Shown piece after piece: positions 47,701-56,891 of a stretch of 64,000 nt of DNA; position 1 is the first letter of the stretch; every line of letters begins with the position of its first letter. Below the pieces are notes generated by a model. It ran no database searches and was not told where the DNA came from. It saw only the letters and a list, made by a program, of their open reading frames with translations. The stretch comes from an uncultured Candidatus Cloacimonadota bacterium (GTDB lineage Bacteria; Cloacimonadota; Cloacimonadia; Cloacimonadales; WRIO01), in contig CAZNKI010000015.1 in the NCBI GenBank assembly GCA_964573665.1, forward strand, positions 556-64,555, in the 5' to 3' direction. The position numbers and the translations under genes are program-made.

Positions 47701-50572
47701 GATTATCTGATATAATTTGACCTTCAATTGAACATAACAAATCAGAATTTAAGGTCATTTTTACTTTAGGGATTCCATTTGAAGTATTACCGATTCCTGG
47801 ATTTTCTATATCAAAATCATGATGAAAATAATCTGTAAATGTGGATAATGAATTTACTTGATTTGTTTGACTAAATGTGAAAAAATTTTGTGCTCCACTC
47901 GCTTCTCTATTACTTGGAGAATAAACCATTACTGCCAGATTTTCTCCTTCATACATATATGGATTTGATAATAAAATATCGATAATAACCCCCATTGAAG
48001 GCTGATAATCGAACATCCCATCGTAAACTAAACTAAACTCATGATAAGGGATCCATGGTGAATTATTATTAAATTCAGAAACGTTTGTATTCTTCATCCA
48101 AATCTTTATCGGTATCTGACAAGGTCTCCCATGATTAAAATTAACAAAGTATTTAATTGAGGTGATCACATCTCCTGCTTTTATCTGATTCTCTGAATTA
48201 TTTAAGTACTGTTTATGATAAATACTTTGACTCATACTTTTCTTACTTGCTAAACGTAAAGGGACATTATCTGATTGATTTAGAATATTATCATCAAAAA
48301 CATCAATTTCATATATATTTGGATTCTCTTCAATTGATAGATCTGACATGTGCATATTTTGAAATCCAATATTAAATTCTTGAGTATATACTTGATATCC
48401 CGCTTTATAGATCGAAAGTTTATAATTTTGATTTTCATACAAGTCTTGAAAAACAAAATATCCATTTATATCTGATAGTGTTTCTCTTGTAACGTACCCT
48501 TCCAGCTTGATAAAAGCGCCTTCAAGAGACAAATTATCAACGCTTCCAAGAATGTTACCACTTAGTGTTAATAAAGACAATCCCTGTAGTGCGACATTAT
48601 GAGTTTGATCCTGATTTTCTATCAAATTTACAGTAAATTGATCGTGATTAAATGGAAATTTTGTTGCTGAGAATTGATGAATACCTGTGGTCAATTGGCT
48701 TAACTGATAATTACCAAAAGTGTCTGAATAGGTGTATTTAAGTGTTTGAATATCTTGAATTTTTACTCCTTCAACAGGTAATCCATTAGAAGTTACAGTT
48801 CCTGATAAAGTTGAAAAACCTGTCGTATTGAAGTTCAACCTGATATTTGGTTTTTGACGAGTCCTGACTCCACCTTGATTATCAGGATTATCATTTGTTG
48901 ATGGAAAATTGAAAATTGATCGATTTTTATGATCCGCATTTTGACTCATATAGCTTTGAAAACTGATTAAATCATATGAACTAAAAAAACCTGAAAAAAG
49001 CCTAACTACCAGGTTTTGACCATTATAATAAAAAGGTTGATCTAATGGAATAGATAAATATGCATCACCTGATCCATTAAACTCAACTAGACCGTCATAA
49101 ACTAATACAAACTGACTTAACATATTCTGTGGTAAGGGTAGCTGATCAATATTCAAATCTGCATTTAACATCCACAATTTAATCGGAATAATTCCATTAT
49201 ATGAGCCATTAAGTGAAACATGATAATTCATTGAAGTGATATAAGTATCTGAATCAAAATTGATTTGATCTGTATCGATCTCTTCAGATAAATATATAGA
49301 GTAAGTAAGCACATTACCCTGATGAATAAATGGAAAATATTGATTCACTAATGAGCTTGTTTCTCCAATTGATATAGAAAACTGATCGGGATTCTCAAGA
49401 ATTTGTATGTTTGATAGATTACTTTGTTGAGAAGAGATGTTTACTTCTTGTGAATAATGCTGATAACCTGGTTTATAGATGCTTAATGTGTAATTAACAC
49501 CAGAATAAACACCAGAAAAATAAAACTGCCCAAAGGCATCTGTTACAGTCTCGTATATACTATATCCTGAGAGTTTAACAATTGCTCCTGCAATTGCTTG
49601 ATTACTTTGATCAATGACATTTCCAGATACAGGTATTTGTGAACAGCTATTGATAGTAAAATCAAGACTTGTCGTTTCATTAGCAGAGAGTGTTATATTT
49701 GAAATATTTTGTGGTAAATAGCCAATCTTGAAGACATTGACATTAACATTTCCTGGATCTAATGATAATAAAGTGTAATTTCCCTGTGAATCAGATAAAG
49801 TATCATGTGATGTACCTTCTACACTAACACTTACTCCTTCTACTGGGACTCCGTTACTTCTAATACATCCTGATATTGTTGCTAATCCATCAGTACTATA
49901 TAAAAAAATGGTATTAGGCACAATAGTGCCATAACTGCCAGTCATTTGCATACCTTCTATATCGATTGGAGCTTCACTGGTAGTCCTTAAAATTCTGTTT
50001 GCTATTTCGGTATTTGTACAACGCCATTTATTTTCTAAGCTGTAAAAATTACTTTCATAAGGATGTTCTATCATAACCACTAAGTTTTGACCATTATAAC
50101 GAAAAGGTACTGACAATGGTAATGAGAGAAGAAAATCTCCACTGGTATGCAAATCGACTAAGCCATCAAAAACAGAGGTAAATTCTGAAAATTGCAACCA
50201 GTCATTCTGTGAATTAAAAGAAGTTTTTGTCGTATTTGCCATCCATACATTTAATGGGCGGTCATTTCCTAAGTCCCCATGTAATGAGGCAAAGAATTTG
50301 ATCTGAGTGATAATTCCATTAAAATCTAACTCTTCTGCAGTATAAATGATCTGTATAACACTTGCCCGATGATTGAAACTCACAGGAATATAACTTGAAA
50401 GTAAATTACCTGAAAAATCACCAACATGAACTTCAAATCGATTAGAGACAGATGGGTTTAGATTGTTTATAGGTGCAGTCATATCAGAAGAATTGATAGA
50501 AAATAATCCTTGAAAACCCAAAACACAAAAAATCAAAAAGATAAAATAAAACAATTTCAATGCAATACTCAT
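44735..50572 (-). CDS. 1945-aa secreted multi-domain protein: four [unknown ~200-aa domain + two carboxypeptidase-regulatory-like domains] modules, then a choice-of-anchor-J-like domain and a T9SS C-terminal domain
   Basis: Signal peptide. Motif sets recur four times: [NIL][VK][VIL]WM.N, F[TVS][SL]V[FY]DG, and then [YF][RYM]Y[NE]G[QEH][NQ][LI][VA]V. About nine SGxVxxxxxPVEGVxV-type CarboxypepD_reg units. C-terminus NYPNPFNPETRINFEI ... GIYFYRLKAG. Confidence 0.8.
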   Translation of the reverse strand: MSIALKLFYFIFLIFCVLGFQGLFSINSSDMTAPINNLNPSVSNRFEVHVGDFSGNLLSSYIPVSFNHRASVIQIIYTAEELDFNGIITQIKFFASLHGDLGNDRPLNVWMANTTKTSFNSQNDWLQFSEFTSVFDGLVDLHTSGDFLLSLPLSVPFRYNGQNLVVMIEHPYESNFYSLENKWRCTNTEIANRILRTTSEAPIDIEGMQMTGSYGTIVPNTIFLYSTDGLATISGCIRSNGVPVEGVSVSVEGTSHDTLSDSQGNYTLLSLDPGNVNVNVFKIGYLPQNISNITLSANETTSLDFTINSCSQIPVSGNVIDQSNQAIAGAIVKLSGYSIYETVTDAFGQFYFSGVYSGVNYTLSIYKPGYQHYSQEVNISSQQSNLSNIQILENPDQFSISIGETSSLVNQYFPFIHQGNVLTYSIYLSEEIDTDQINFDSDTYITSMNYHVSLNGSYNGIIPIKLWMLNADLNIDQLPLPQNMLSQFVLVYDGLVEFNGSGDAYLSIPLDQPFYYNGQNLVVRLFSGFFSSYDLISFQSYMSQNADHKNRSIFNFPSTNDNPDNQGGVRTRQKPNIRLNFNTTGFSTLSGTVTSNGLPVEGVKIQDIQTLKYTYSDTFGNYQLSQLTTGIHQFSATKFPFNHDQFTVNLIENQDQTHNVALQGLSLLTLSGNILGSVDNLSLEGAFIKLEGYVTRETLSDINGYFVFQDLYENQNYKLSIYKAGYQVYTQEFNIGFQNMHMSDLSIEENPNIYEIDVFDDNILNQSDNVPLRLASKKSMSQSIYHKQYLNNSENQIKAGDVITSIKYFVNFNHGRPCQIPIKIWMKNTNVSEFNNNSPWIPYHEFSLVYDGMFDYQPSMGVIIDILLSNPYMYEGENLAVMVYSPSNREASGAQNFFTFSQTNQVNSLSTFTDYFHHDFDIENPGIGNTSNGIPKVKMTLNSDLLCSIEGQIISDNQPVEGVKVSIEGTNRNALTDSLGYYEIKYLRENLISLNISKAGYISQNIGNISLINNETVVNNIEIFRAPTVSLTGVVRDNGFTELSGVRIRVLGLDFYEIYTDNQGQFIIPSLYVGQSYQITADKEGYRVYKIEQYIVQEEPSNLSISLEVNPDYSDIFIGDIFTPYHNNDCLLNLSANSSTSQCIYLEQELNDQYHLSPGNTISSISYFSEYQINPQLNIPLKVWMANTTIDSFNDLNVLPFSEFSLVYDGIIKYFEDQPDQIIIDFMQPFVYEGHQIVIMIQTYNNNNSNNIAFKYTNDPHSLNRMAFYSSYDLFEIDESNSFYHINAIPNISLSFNTVGYGNINGVITSNGLPLEGADITISGTHKSTISNSEGYYQINNINLHNVDLSFSKHGYSSQQISDVTISADSTYTINASLDILGTISISGQVNASDTEMGLSQVLVKLDGYGEYQTTSLDNGTFMLPSVYSYQSYAMILSKSGYISDTLFINTESSNLILSPIMLQEDISRPINIHAYSYNNHITLQWSILNSDQRSEVLSNKSIASTHLSKDSNKISDREITGFQIWMMNNVTQSNPETWIEIASNISGPQFTYNMNSYPAGEYRFAIRALYENGQVSDIYYSNIAEYKMLVDATFQIATSTGQTPIGSRIYLINNDGNYTHNHSSELTDEFENFNSVRIGNYKIIVKKDNFLLYIEENVRIDSTGYVHPLITLQRCRIHFSEDFNYFDFVSSNWTVYSLDDNNYNWTIGNMNEIPILESDFVSSINYYSNIGIVNTDNWLISPPIILEANFLYELNFKLSGYPSLYDSIYSVLIYSPDSPISHFNDEVLSNFEVIDINRTTGFNAILNDYAGRIVYIAFRHYNSPLPSRLLIDNFKILSSLSPATTTETLVSESKTRLLGNYPNPFNPETRINFEIENEEDVRLEIFNIKGQKVKTLLSNKLEKGIHQIIWQGKDDLGHQVSSGIYFYRLKAGKNLLTKKMMLLK

Positions 50573-50622
50573 ATTATACCTCCATTATATTTAGCTTCTT
50601 ACAATATCCAATTTACCCATAT

Positions 50623-50639
50623 TTGACAATTTTTGTCAA
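50623..50639. promoter_or_regulatory. perfect palindrome TTGACAA-TTT-TTGTCAA upstream of the 1945-aa gene
   Basis: Read directly from the sequence, about 50 nt upstream of the ATG at 50572. On the minus strand it provides TTGACA -35-like hexamers. Confidence 0.4.
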
Positions 50640-50822
50640 TAAATATTTTTTGTATTCAAAATATTAAAGAATTTTTTCTGTTTGGTATTTTTGCCGTCAA
50701 TAAAATTATTTAGAATTTCACCAATTTATTAACAATTATTTCTAACATCATTAAGAAACTTTTCTACAGGATAGAAAGAAGAGGTGAATGAGAGAGATGC
50801 CTTCAGTCCCCCATCAATAAAC

Positions 50823-50850
50823 GAAAAAAGGCAGGTTAGATCACCTGCCT
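50823..50850 (-). terminator. rho-independent terminator GGCAGGT-N6-ACCTGCC followed by T-tract (minus strand)
   Basis: The minus-strand reading is AAGGCAGGTGATCTAACCTGCCTTTTTTCG, about 25 nt after the acyl-CoA dehydrogenase stop. Confidence 0.75.
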
Positions 50851-50876
50851 TGAATTTTCTAATTTTAACTGATCTT

Positions 50877-52022
50877 TTAATATTCTTTTAATAAATGTGA
50901 GGCAACGATACCACGTTGAATCTGATTGGTTCCTTCATAGATCTGCATGATTTTTGCATCACGCATCATCTTTTCTACAGGATATTCTTTCATGTAACCA
51001 TAACCACCAAGAATCTGAACAGCATCAGTGGTAACTTTCATCGCAACATCTGAAGCAAAATACTTACACATTGCTGATTCCATAGAATACTTTGTGCTTC
51101 CATTGTCGATCATTTTTGCTGTTTGGAAAATCATTGCACGTGCTGCTTCGATCTGTGTCGCCATATCTGCTAACATAAACTGAACGGCTTGGAATGATGA
51201 AATTGGCTTGCCAAATTGTTGACGTTCTTTTGAATATCTGACACTGATTTCAAGAGCACCCTGAGCAATACCAATCGCTTGAGCTGCGACCATTGGTCTT
51301 GACTTGTCAAATGTCTTCATCGCAACGATAAATCCCATTCCTTCTTTAGAAATCAGATTTTCTTTTGGAATACGGCAATCTTCAAAAATCAATTCACGAG
51401 TTGCAGAAGCGCGGATACCCATCTTATTCTCTTTTTTACCAAAGGTGAAGCCAGGAGTGTCTTTTTCCACGATAAAACATGAACATCCTCTTGCACCCTT
51501 AGTCTTATCTGTCATTGCAAATACAGTATAGATTTCTGCTTCTCCGCCATTGGTGATCCACTGTTTCGTTCCATTTAATACATAAAAATCACCATCACGG
51601 GTTGCTGTTGTTTGAATTGCTCCAGCATCTGATCCCGCATTCGCTTCAGTTAATGCAAATGCAGCAAGGCGTTTCCCTGTTGCAATTTGTGGTAAGTATT
51701 TCTTTTTCTGTTCTTCTGAACCTGAAAGTAAAATAGGATACATTCCCAAACCAGTAGCACCAAATGCCAGTGATATGCCTGCATCAACTTTACATAATTC
51801 TTCTGTAACAATAGCAAGATCCATGACTTTTCCGCTAAGTCCATCATATTCTTCTGGAACTAAAACGCTGAATAAATCAGACTGTGCCATAATTTCAACG
51901 ATATCCCATGGGAATATCTGTTCTTCGTCATATTTTTCTGTTAAAGGTGCTATTTTTTCCTGAGCGATTCTTCTCGCTAAATCTCTTAATTCTTTTTGGT
52001 CATCTGTTAAAAAATAATCCAT
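50877..52022 (-). CDS. acyl-CoA dehydrogenase (short-chain/butyryl-CoA type)
   Basis: 381 aa. ALTEANAGSDA, WITNGG and YEGTNQIQR blocks typical of Bcd/ACAD. Confidence 0.92.
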   Translation of the reverse strand: MDYFLTDDQKELRDLARRIAQEKIAPLTEKYDEEQIFPWDIVEIMAQSDLFSVLVPEEYDGLSGKVMDLAIVTEELCKVDAGISLAFGATGLGMYPILLSGSEEQKKKYLPQIATGKRLAAFALTEANAGSDAGAIQTTATRDGDFYVLNGTKQWITNGGEAEIYTVFAMTDKTKGARGCSCFIVEKDTPGFTFGKKENKMGIRASATRELIFEDCRIPKENLISKEGMGFIVAMKTFDKSRPMVAAQAIGIAQGALEISVRYSKERQQFGKPISSFQAVQFMLADMATQIEAARAMIFQTAKMIDNGSTKYSMESAMCKYFASDVAMKVTTDAVQILGGYGYMKEYPVEKMMRDAKIMQIYEGTNQIQRGIVASHLLKEY

Positions 52023-52081
52023 TTTTCCTCCAAAACTAATAGTTTGATAATAATTTCTTCTTGCTTTTGGTCAAGAAAAAA

Positions 52082-52690
52082 TTAGTTTTGCCTTTTCTTT
52101 TCAATAAATCCCTGAATTAATGGGACAATCTCTTTAGGTACAAAAAATGAAATATCTTCATTTTTTTCTATTTTAAGTCTTAATTCACTCGATGATATAG
52201 TTATTAAATCCATTTTTATAAACGCTAACTGATCGATATAGTCAAGATCTTTCCACAAATTCCGATCAGCTGTCTCTCGACTCATCACAAGAATTTTTAC
52301 TTCTTTTAACAATGTTCTGTATTCTTTCCAGCTTTTAAGTTGTGTGACGAGATCCTCTCCAATCACAAAATAGAGGTCATCATCAGGATGCTCATTTCTA
52401 AAAGCACGAACAAGATCAATCGTATAAGATTTATCATTAGTCATTTCATCCAATGCGCTCAAAATCACATTATCCATTGAAGATACAGCAGATTCAAGCA
52501 ACTTCATTCGCTCAGAAAATGTAAACAAAGTATCTTCTTTAAATGGGTGTCTGCCAGAAGGTATGACATATACCTGATCAATGGTTCCTTGATTGAGTAT
52601 ATGTTTGATCACAGCAAGATGACCACAATGTACTGGGTCAAAAGAACCACCATACAATGCAACTTTTCTTCTATTCTTGTCAGTACACAT
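52082..52690 (-). CDS. nadD: nicotinate-nucleotide adenylyltransferase
   Basis: GGSFDPVHCGH (HxGH) and ISSSELR motifs. Confidence 0.9.
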   Translation of the reverse strand: MCTDKNRRKVALYGGSFDPVHCGHLAVIKHILNQGTIDQVYVIPSGRHPFKEDTLFTFSERMKLLESAVSSMDNVILSALDEMTNDKSYTIDLVRAFRNEHPDDDLYFVIGEDLVTQLKSWKEYRTLLKEVKILVMSRETADRNLWKDLDYIDQLAFIKMDLITISSSELRLKIEKNEDISFFVPKEIVPLIQGFIEKKRQN

Positions 52691-52698
52691 GAGAGTGA

Positions 52699-53454
52699 CT
52701 ATTCGTTGATTTTTAGTTTCTTGCTGAGTTTTACTGTTTTTTTGATGATACTCTTTAATTCTTTACTTTCAGGAAAACTTTCTCTCAACTTCTCTTGAAT
52801 AAAAAGAAGATTATCAAGGTCTTCTCGTTCATAAAAGATTTTACCGCAGTAATAAAGAGATTTTAACTCCAGATCATCTTTGTTATTCAGTGCAATAATT
52901 TCATTGAAATACAGAATCGCTGAGCTATAATCATCAATTTTATAGTAAATATAGCCTGCAAGATATTTCTTTTCTATCAGTTTTTGCTGAGATTTTTGGA
53001 TATATTGATACGCTTCGTTAATTCTCGTATCATTGGGATATTTATCAATAAAGATCTGCATCGCTTCGATCGATTTATTACTTTCATCCTGAGTATAGTG
53101 AGGGCTGAGTGCTAAATGATAATTACACACACCAATCATAAATTGAGCGCTGGCGATATTTTTGTAATCTGGGAACAGACTTTGTAACAGCTGATACTCA
53201 GTAATTGCTTCAGCGTATTTCTCCTGTAAATAGTATGATTCTGCTAGTTTATATTGTGAATCAGCAGTATAAGAAGAATTACGCTCAAGCACTATTTGCT
53301 CATACAATAACGCAGCTTTATGGTATTTTTTCTGACTGAAAAATTGTTCTGCTTTATCCCATTTTTCTTTTGCACTCATACGGTTCATATTGTTTGATGA
53401 ACATGCAAAAAGTAATAACACGATTAAAAGAATACTTGCAAATTTAAATCTCAT
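52699..53454 (-). CDS. bamD: outer-membrane assembly lipoprotein BamD/YfiO-like (TPR)
   Basis: Lipobox LLFACSS, TPR-like repeats, about 250 aa. Confidence 0.7.
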   Translation of the reverse strand: MRFKFASILLIVLLLFACSSNNMNRMSAKEKWDKAEQFFSQKKYHKAALLYEQIVLERNSSYTADSQYKLAESYYLQEKYAEAITEYQLLQSLFPDYKNIASAQFMIGVCNYHLALSPHYTQDESNKSIEAMQIFIDKYPNDTRINEAYQYIQKSQQKLIEKKYLAGYIYYKIDDYSSAILYFNEIIALNNKDDLELKSLYYCGKIFYEREDLDNLLFIQEKLRESFPESKELKSIIKKTVKLSKKLKINE

Positions 53455-53463
53455 TTAAACCTC

Positions 53464-54072
53464 TTAATGATTTCCATAATATATTAAATAAATTAAACTA
53501 CCAACCACCGCAGTCAGTATAATTGGATCAAACCATTTTGCTTTTGAATTTCTTTTCTCAAAAGCACTATTCTCAAAGCTGATTTCTTCTGACAAAATGA
53601 CCTGCCGATCCTTAACAAGCATGATCCTGTACAGAGGAAATTCTTTTGTTGTGATTCTCGTAAAAAGATACTGATTTTTTACTATTTCGGTTTTCTTCTG
53701 ATCAACATAAATCATTAACTTAGGAATTGTTTCGTCATAATTCTCATAAATTATGTAGTCTTTTTTCTTTGCAGATTGTGTCAGCTGATAATACAATGAT
53801 GGAGTTGAATTGTTTTGTACTTCAAGGTAGAACTCCCTGATGTGCAAATCAGTTAATTGTTGATCAATATATGTCCATAATTCAGAATAATTCTGAGCAG
53901 ACAGTTCATAATTCTCAGCAAAAGATAATGAACTTATAAGTAATAGAATAGCAAGAAAGAAACCATTACGCAAACTACTCCAAAAACATCTGTGAGTTAT
54001 TTTGATCATGATCAGTTTACATTCCTTTTTAAAAGAAACAGAGGGACAGAGAATCCTGCCCCTCATAATCAA
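53464..54072 (-). CDS. hypothetical exported/membrane protein
   Basis: Signal-like segment FFLAILLLISSLSFA and a C-terminal TM. The true start is probably the internal ATG at 54009 (MIKITH...). Confidence 0.45.
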   Translation of the reverse strand: MIMRGRILCPSVSFKKECKLIMIKITHRCFWSSLRNGFFLAILLLISSLSFAENYELSAQNYSELWTYIDQQLTDLHIREFYLEVQNNSTPSLYYQLTQSAKKKDYIIYENYDETIPKLMIYVDQKKTEIVKNQYLFTRITTKEFPLYRIMLVKDRQVILSEEISFENSAFEKRNSKAKWFDPIILTAVVGSLIYLIYYGNH

Positions 54073-54077
54073 ATATT

Positions 54078-55508
54078 TTATGCTTTCAGCATGAATGCTT
54101 TATAAGCTTTGTAAGTAGAATACAGATCGGCTTTTGAGCATATTTCCCATAAAGAATGCATACTTAACAATCCAGGTCCGCAATCGACGACATCACATCC
54201 ATAGTAAGCAAGGAATTTAGCGATGGTTCCACCGCCACCCTCGTCCACTTTGCCAAGTTCACCGATTTGCCAGTTCACTTTTTCATCATTAAAGATCTTC
54301 ATTACACGGGCAACAAATTCACTGCTGGCATCATTGGATCCGCCTTTACCACCACTGCCTGTAAATTTGGCAATACCAACACCAAAGCCCATATGAACTG
54401 CATTACTTGCTTCATGTACACTTGGGAAATTTGGATTAATTGCAGCATTCACATCAGCAGAAAGAACCGCTGTTTTGATCATTGTTTTTCTTACATTAAA
54501 GCTACCATGATCTTCATTGTTATATTTCAAAATATCTGCAATAAAGTCTAAGAAAAAGATTGAATTTGCCCCTGATGCGCCATCTGATCCGATCTCTTCT
54601 TTATCAAAGAAATAGATGACCGATGTTTTATCATTTTCCATTTCCATCACATCAAGCATAGCCTGTAATGAAGTGTAAGCACAAATTCTGTCATCCTGAC
54701 CGTAAGCAACAATCATACTCTTGTCAAGACCAAGATCTCTTGCTTTGCCTGCTGGAACTAAATATAACTCTGCACTTAACAAATCATCTTCTTTGATCTC
54801 ATATTTCTCGTAAATTAAATTTAAGGCATTCAATTTAATTGCTTCTTTCACTTCTTCTTTATCTTCATAAAAAGGAATTGAGCCTATAATTACATTCATA
54901 TGAGAAGCAGTTATGGCTTCTGGCATTGTCTTGCCATACTGTTCTTTACGAGCTAAATGAGGAAGTAAATCAGGCATAATCAGCACTGGATCATTTTCAT
55001 TTTCACCAATACAGACATTTACTTTTTCACCATTACTTTTGATGACGACGCCATGCAATGCAAGCGGAGTTGACATCCACTGGTATTTTTTTATACCTCC
55101 GTAATAATGAGTTCTTAATATCGCTAATTTTGTTTCTGAATCTTCATAGATTGGGTTCTGTTTAAGATCAACTCTTGGCGCATCAATATGAGAAGCAACA
55201 ATGTTGATCCCTTCAGAAATTGGTTTTTTACCAATGATAGCTATAGCCATCGCTTTATTTTTGAAAATCTTGTACACTCTCTTGTTATGGTTATTCTTTT
55301 GAGGAACATCAATATTAACGAAGTTTTTTCCCTTTAATTCTTCTACGGTATAATCAATAACTTCTCTCTCAGTTTTTGCCGCACTGAGAAATTTCTTGTA
55401 ATTTTCAGCGAACTTCAGAGCAGTTTTCTGCTCATTTTTGGTCGTATCCGTCCAAAAATTCTTCCTTTCATAGCCAATCTTTTTTCTGAGTTCATCTGAT
55501 TTTTTCAT
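54078..55508 (-). CDS. M18-family aminopeptidase (aminopeptidase 1 type)
   Basis: 476 aa. VASHIDAPRVDLK, EEIGSDGASGA and LSMHS blocks are typical of the M18 family. Confidence 0.85.
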   Translation of the reverse strand: MKKSDELRKKIGYERKNFWTDTTKNEQKTALKFAENYKKFLSAAKTEREVIDYTVEELKGKNFVNIDVPQKNNHNKRVYKIFKNKAMAIAIIGKKPISEGINIVASHIDAPRVDLKQNPIYEDSETKLAILRTHYYGGIKKYQWMSTPLALHGVVIKSNGEKVNVCIGENENDPVLIMPDLLPHLARKEQYGKTMPEAITASHMNVIIGSIPFYEDKEEVKEAIKLNALNLIYEKYEIKEDDLLSAELYLVPAGKARDLGLDKSMIVAYGQDDRICAYTSLQAMLDVMEMENDKTSVIYFFDKEEIGSDGASGANSIFFLDFIADILKYNNEDHGSFNVRKTMIKTAVLSADVNAAINPNFPSVHEASNAVHMGFGVGIAKFTGSGGKGGSNDASSEFVARVMKIFNDEKVNWQIGELGKVDEGGGGTIAKFLAYYGCDVVDCGPGLLSMHSLWEICSKADLYSTYKAYKAFMLKA

Positions 55509-55552
55509 ACTGACTCCTTCTATTTTCGTTTTGAAAACGCTTTGTTTTTCAT

Positions 55553-56023
55553 TTAATATATCTTGTTGATTTTAAACTTACGATCACCTTTGGGAGCTTT
55601 CACGATGACTTCGTCATGCACTTTTTTCCCAATTAAAGCTTTCCCTAAAGGTGAAGCAACAGATACCTGAATGATCTCATCATCACGGTCATAGACTTCA
55701 TCAACGCCGACTAAATGATAATGAAACATCACTTCATCAGGATATTCAACGATATCTACAAATGCACCAAATCGTACAGCATCCTTTGGAAGGGTACTTG
55801 GATCAATCAGCTTTAGCGATGCAATCCTTTCCTGCAATTTGGATAATTCGGTTTCAATATTTCTTTGTCTTTCTCGAGCAGCATGATATTCTGCATTTTC
55901 GCTTAAATCTCCAAGCTCACGGGCTGCAACCACCTGATTAATTATTTCTGGTCTCTCTTCTATGAGGTGTTGGACTCTTTTTTGTAATCTTTGCATTCCT
56001 TCTGGTGTGATATAATCGGCCAT
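55553..56023 (-). CDS. greA: transcription elongation factor GreA
   Basis: Coiled-coil N-terminal domain (DLSENAEYHAARERQ) and a C-terminal FKBP-like domain. The start is either 56023 (MADYITPEG) or the track's 56035. Confidence 0.9.
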   Translation of the reverse strand: MADYITPEGMQRLQKRVQHLIEERPEIINQVVAARELGDLSENAEYHAARERQRNIETELSKLQERIASLKLIDPSTLPKDAVRFGAFVDIVEYPDEVMFHYHLVGVDEVYDRDDEIIQVSVASPLGKALIGKKVHDEVIVKAPKGDRKFKINKIY

Positions 56024-56027
56024 GATA

Positions 56028-56840
56028 TTAATCATTCCCTTTCTTTTTTAAAAATTTGAGTCCGCTCAATGCTGCTTTTTTTACTCGGGCATTGCCACTT
56101 TTTGACCAATTTTCAAAATATGTTTTCAATGAGTCAGAATAGAGTGTCAATCCACCACTTAATATTTCAACAAAGACTGGTTCTCTGGTTGTTTTATAAC
56201 TGTCATATACTGAGAAATAAAATTTCTCATCCAATTTCGCAATCGATTTTAACAAGAAAGCATTTATTTTCGCAAAGGCAGGACTCGCATTCATCCAACG
56301 ATTTTCCATTTTTGCAAAGAACTTCTTGAGTAAATCATTATCAGATTTAAACACTTTTAACACCATTTTGATAATGGATTGGGAAACGATTTCTTTATCT
56401 TCTCTGATCCATTGAATCAAAAGATCAAAGTAGTTTTCAGGGTTTTTCTTTAACAATAAATAAATTGTTTTTTCAAGGAGCAGGTTAATCTCTGTTGCGC
56501 TTTCTGAATGAAAGAGGTAATCCTTCAAAAAAACGAGATACTCCTGATTCTTCTTCAGTAAAATACGGCCTAAAATGCATGAAAAAGCAACCTTGCCATA
56601 CTCTCCTTTATTTTTCCAGAGATATTCAAGAAAAGGCTTGAATGCATCAGGACTCTTTACCATATTTACAGCTAATGTATTTGCTACCAATACAATAACA
56701 TCTCGAGGTATTTTATTATCTACACGCTCAGGATATGCATTAAATATTATATCAAAATCATAATCACCTGTAGGCAACTTACGTGTAAAATAATCCTGAC
56801 TATCCTGGATTAATCTATCTTTCCAGTCTAAAGAGATCAT
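56028..56840 (-). CDS. hypothetical all-helical (HEAT/ARM-like) protein
   Basis: 270 aa with helical-repeat character. It could be DNA-alkylation-repair-like, but I cannot support that from motifs. Confidence 0.45.
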   Translation of the reverse strand: MISLDWKDRLIQDSQDYFTRKLPTGDYDFDIIFNAYPERVDNKIPRDVIVLVANTLAVNMVKSPDAFKPFLEYLWKNKGEYGKVAFSCILGRILLKKNQEYLVFLKDYLFHSESATEINLLLEKTIYLLLKKNPENYFDLLIQWIREDKEIVSQSIIKMVLKVFKSDNDLLKKFFAKMENRWMNASPAFAKINAFLLKSIAKLDEKFYFSVYDSYKTTREPVFVEILSGGLTLYSDSLKTYFENWSKSGNARVKKAALSGLKFLKKKGND

Positions 56841-56891
56841 TGATTCTCCTTTCTTAAATCGAACTGATTATACTTCAATATTATCCACTTA

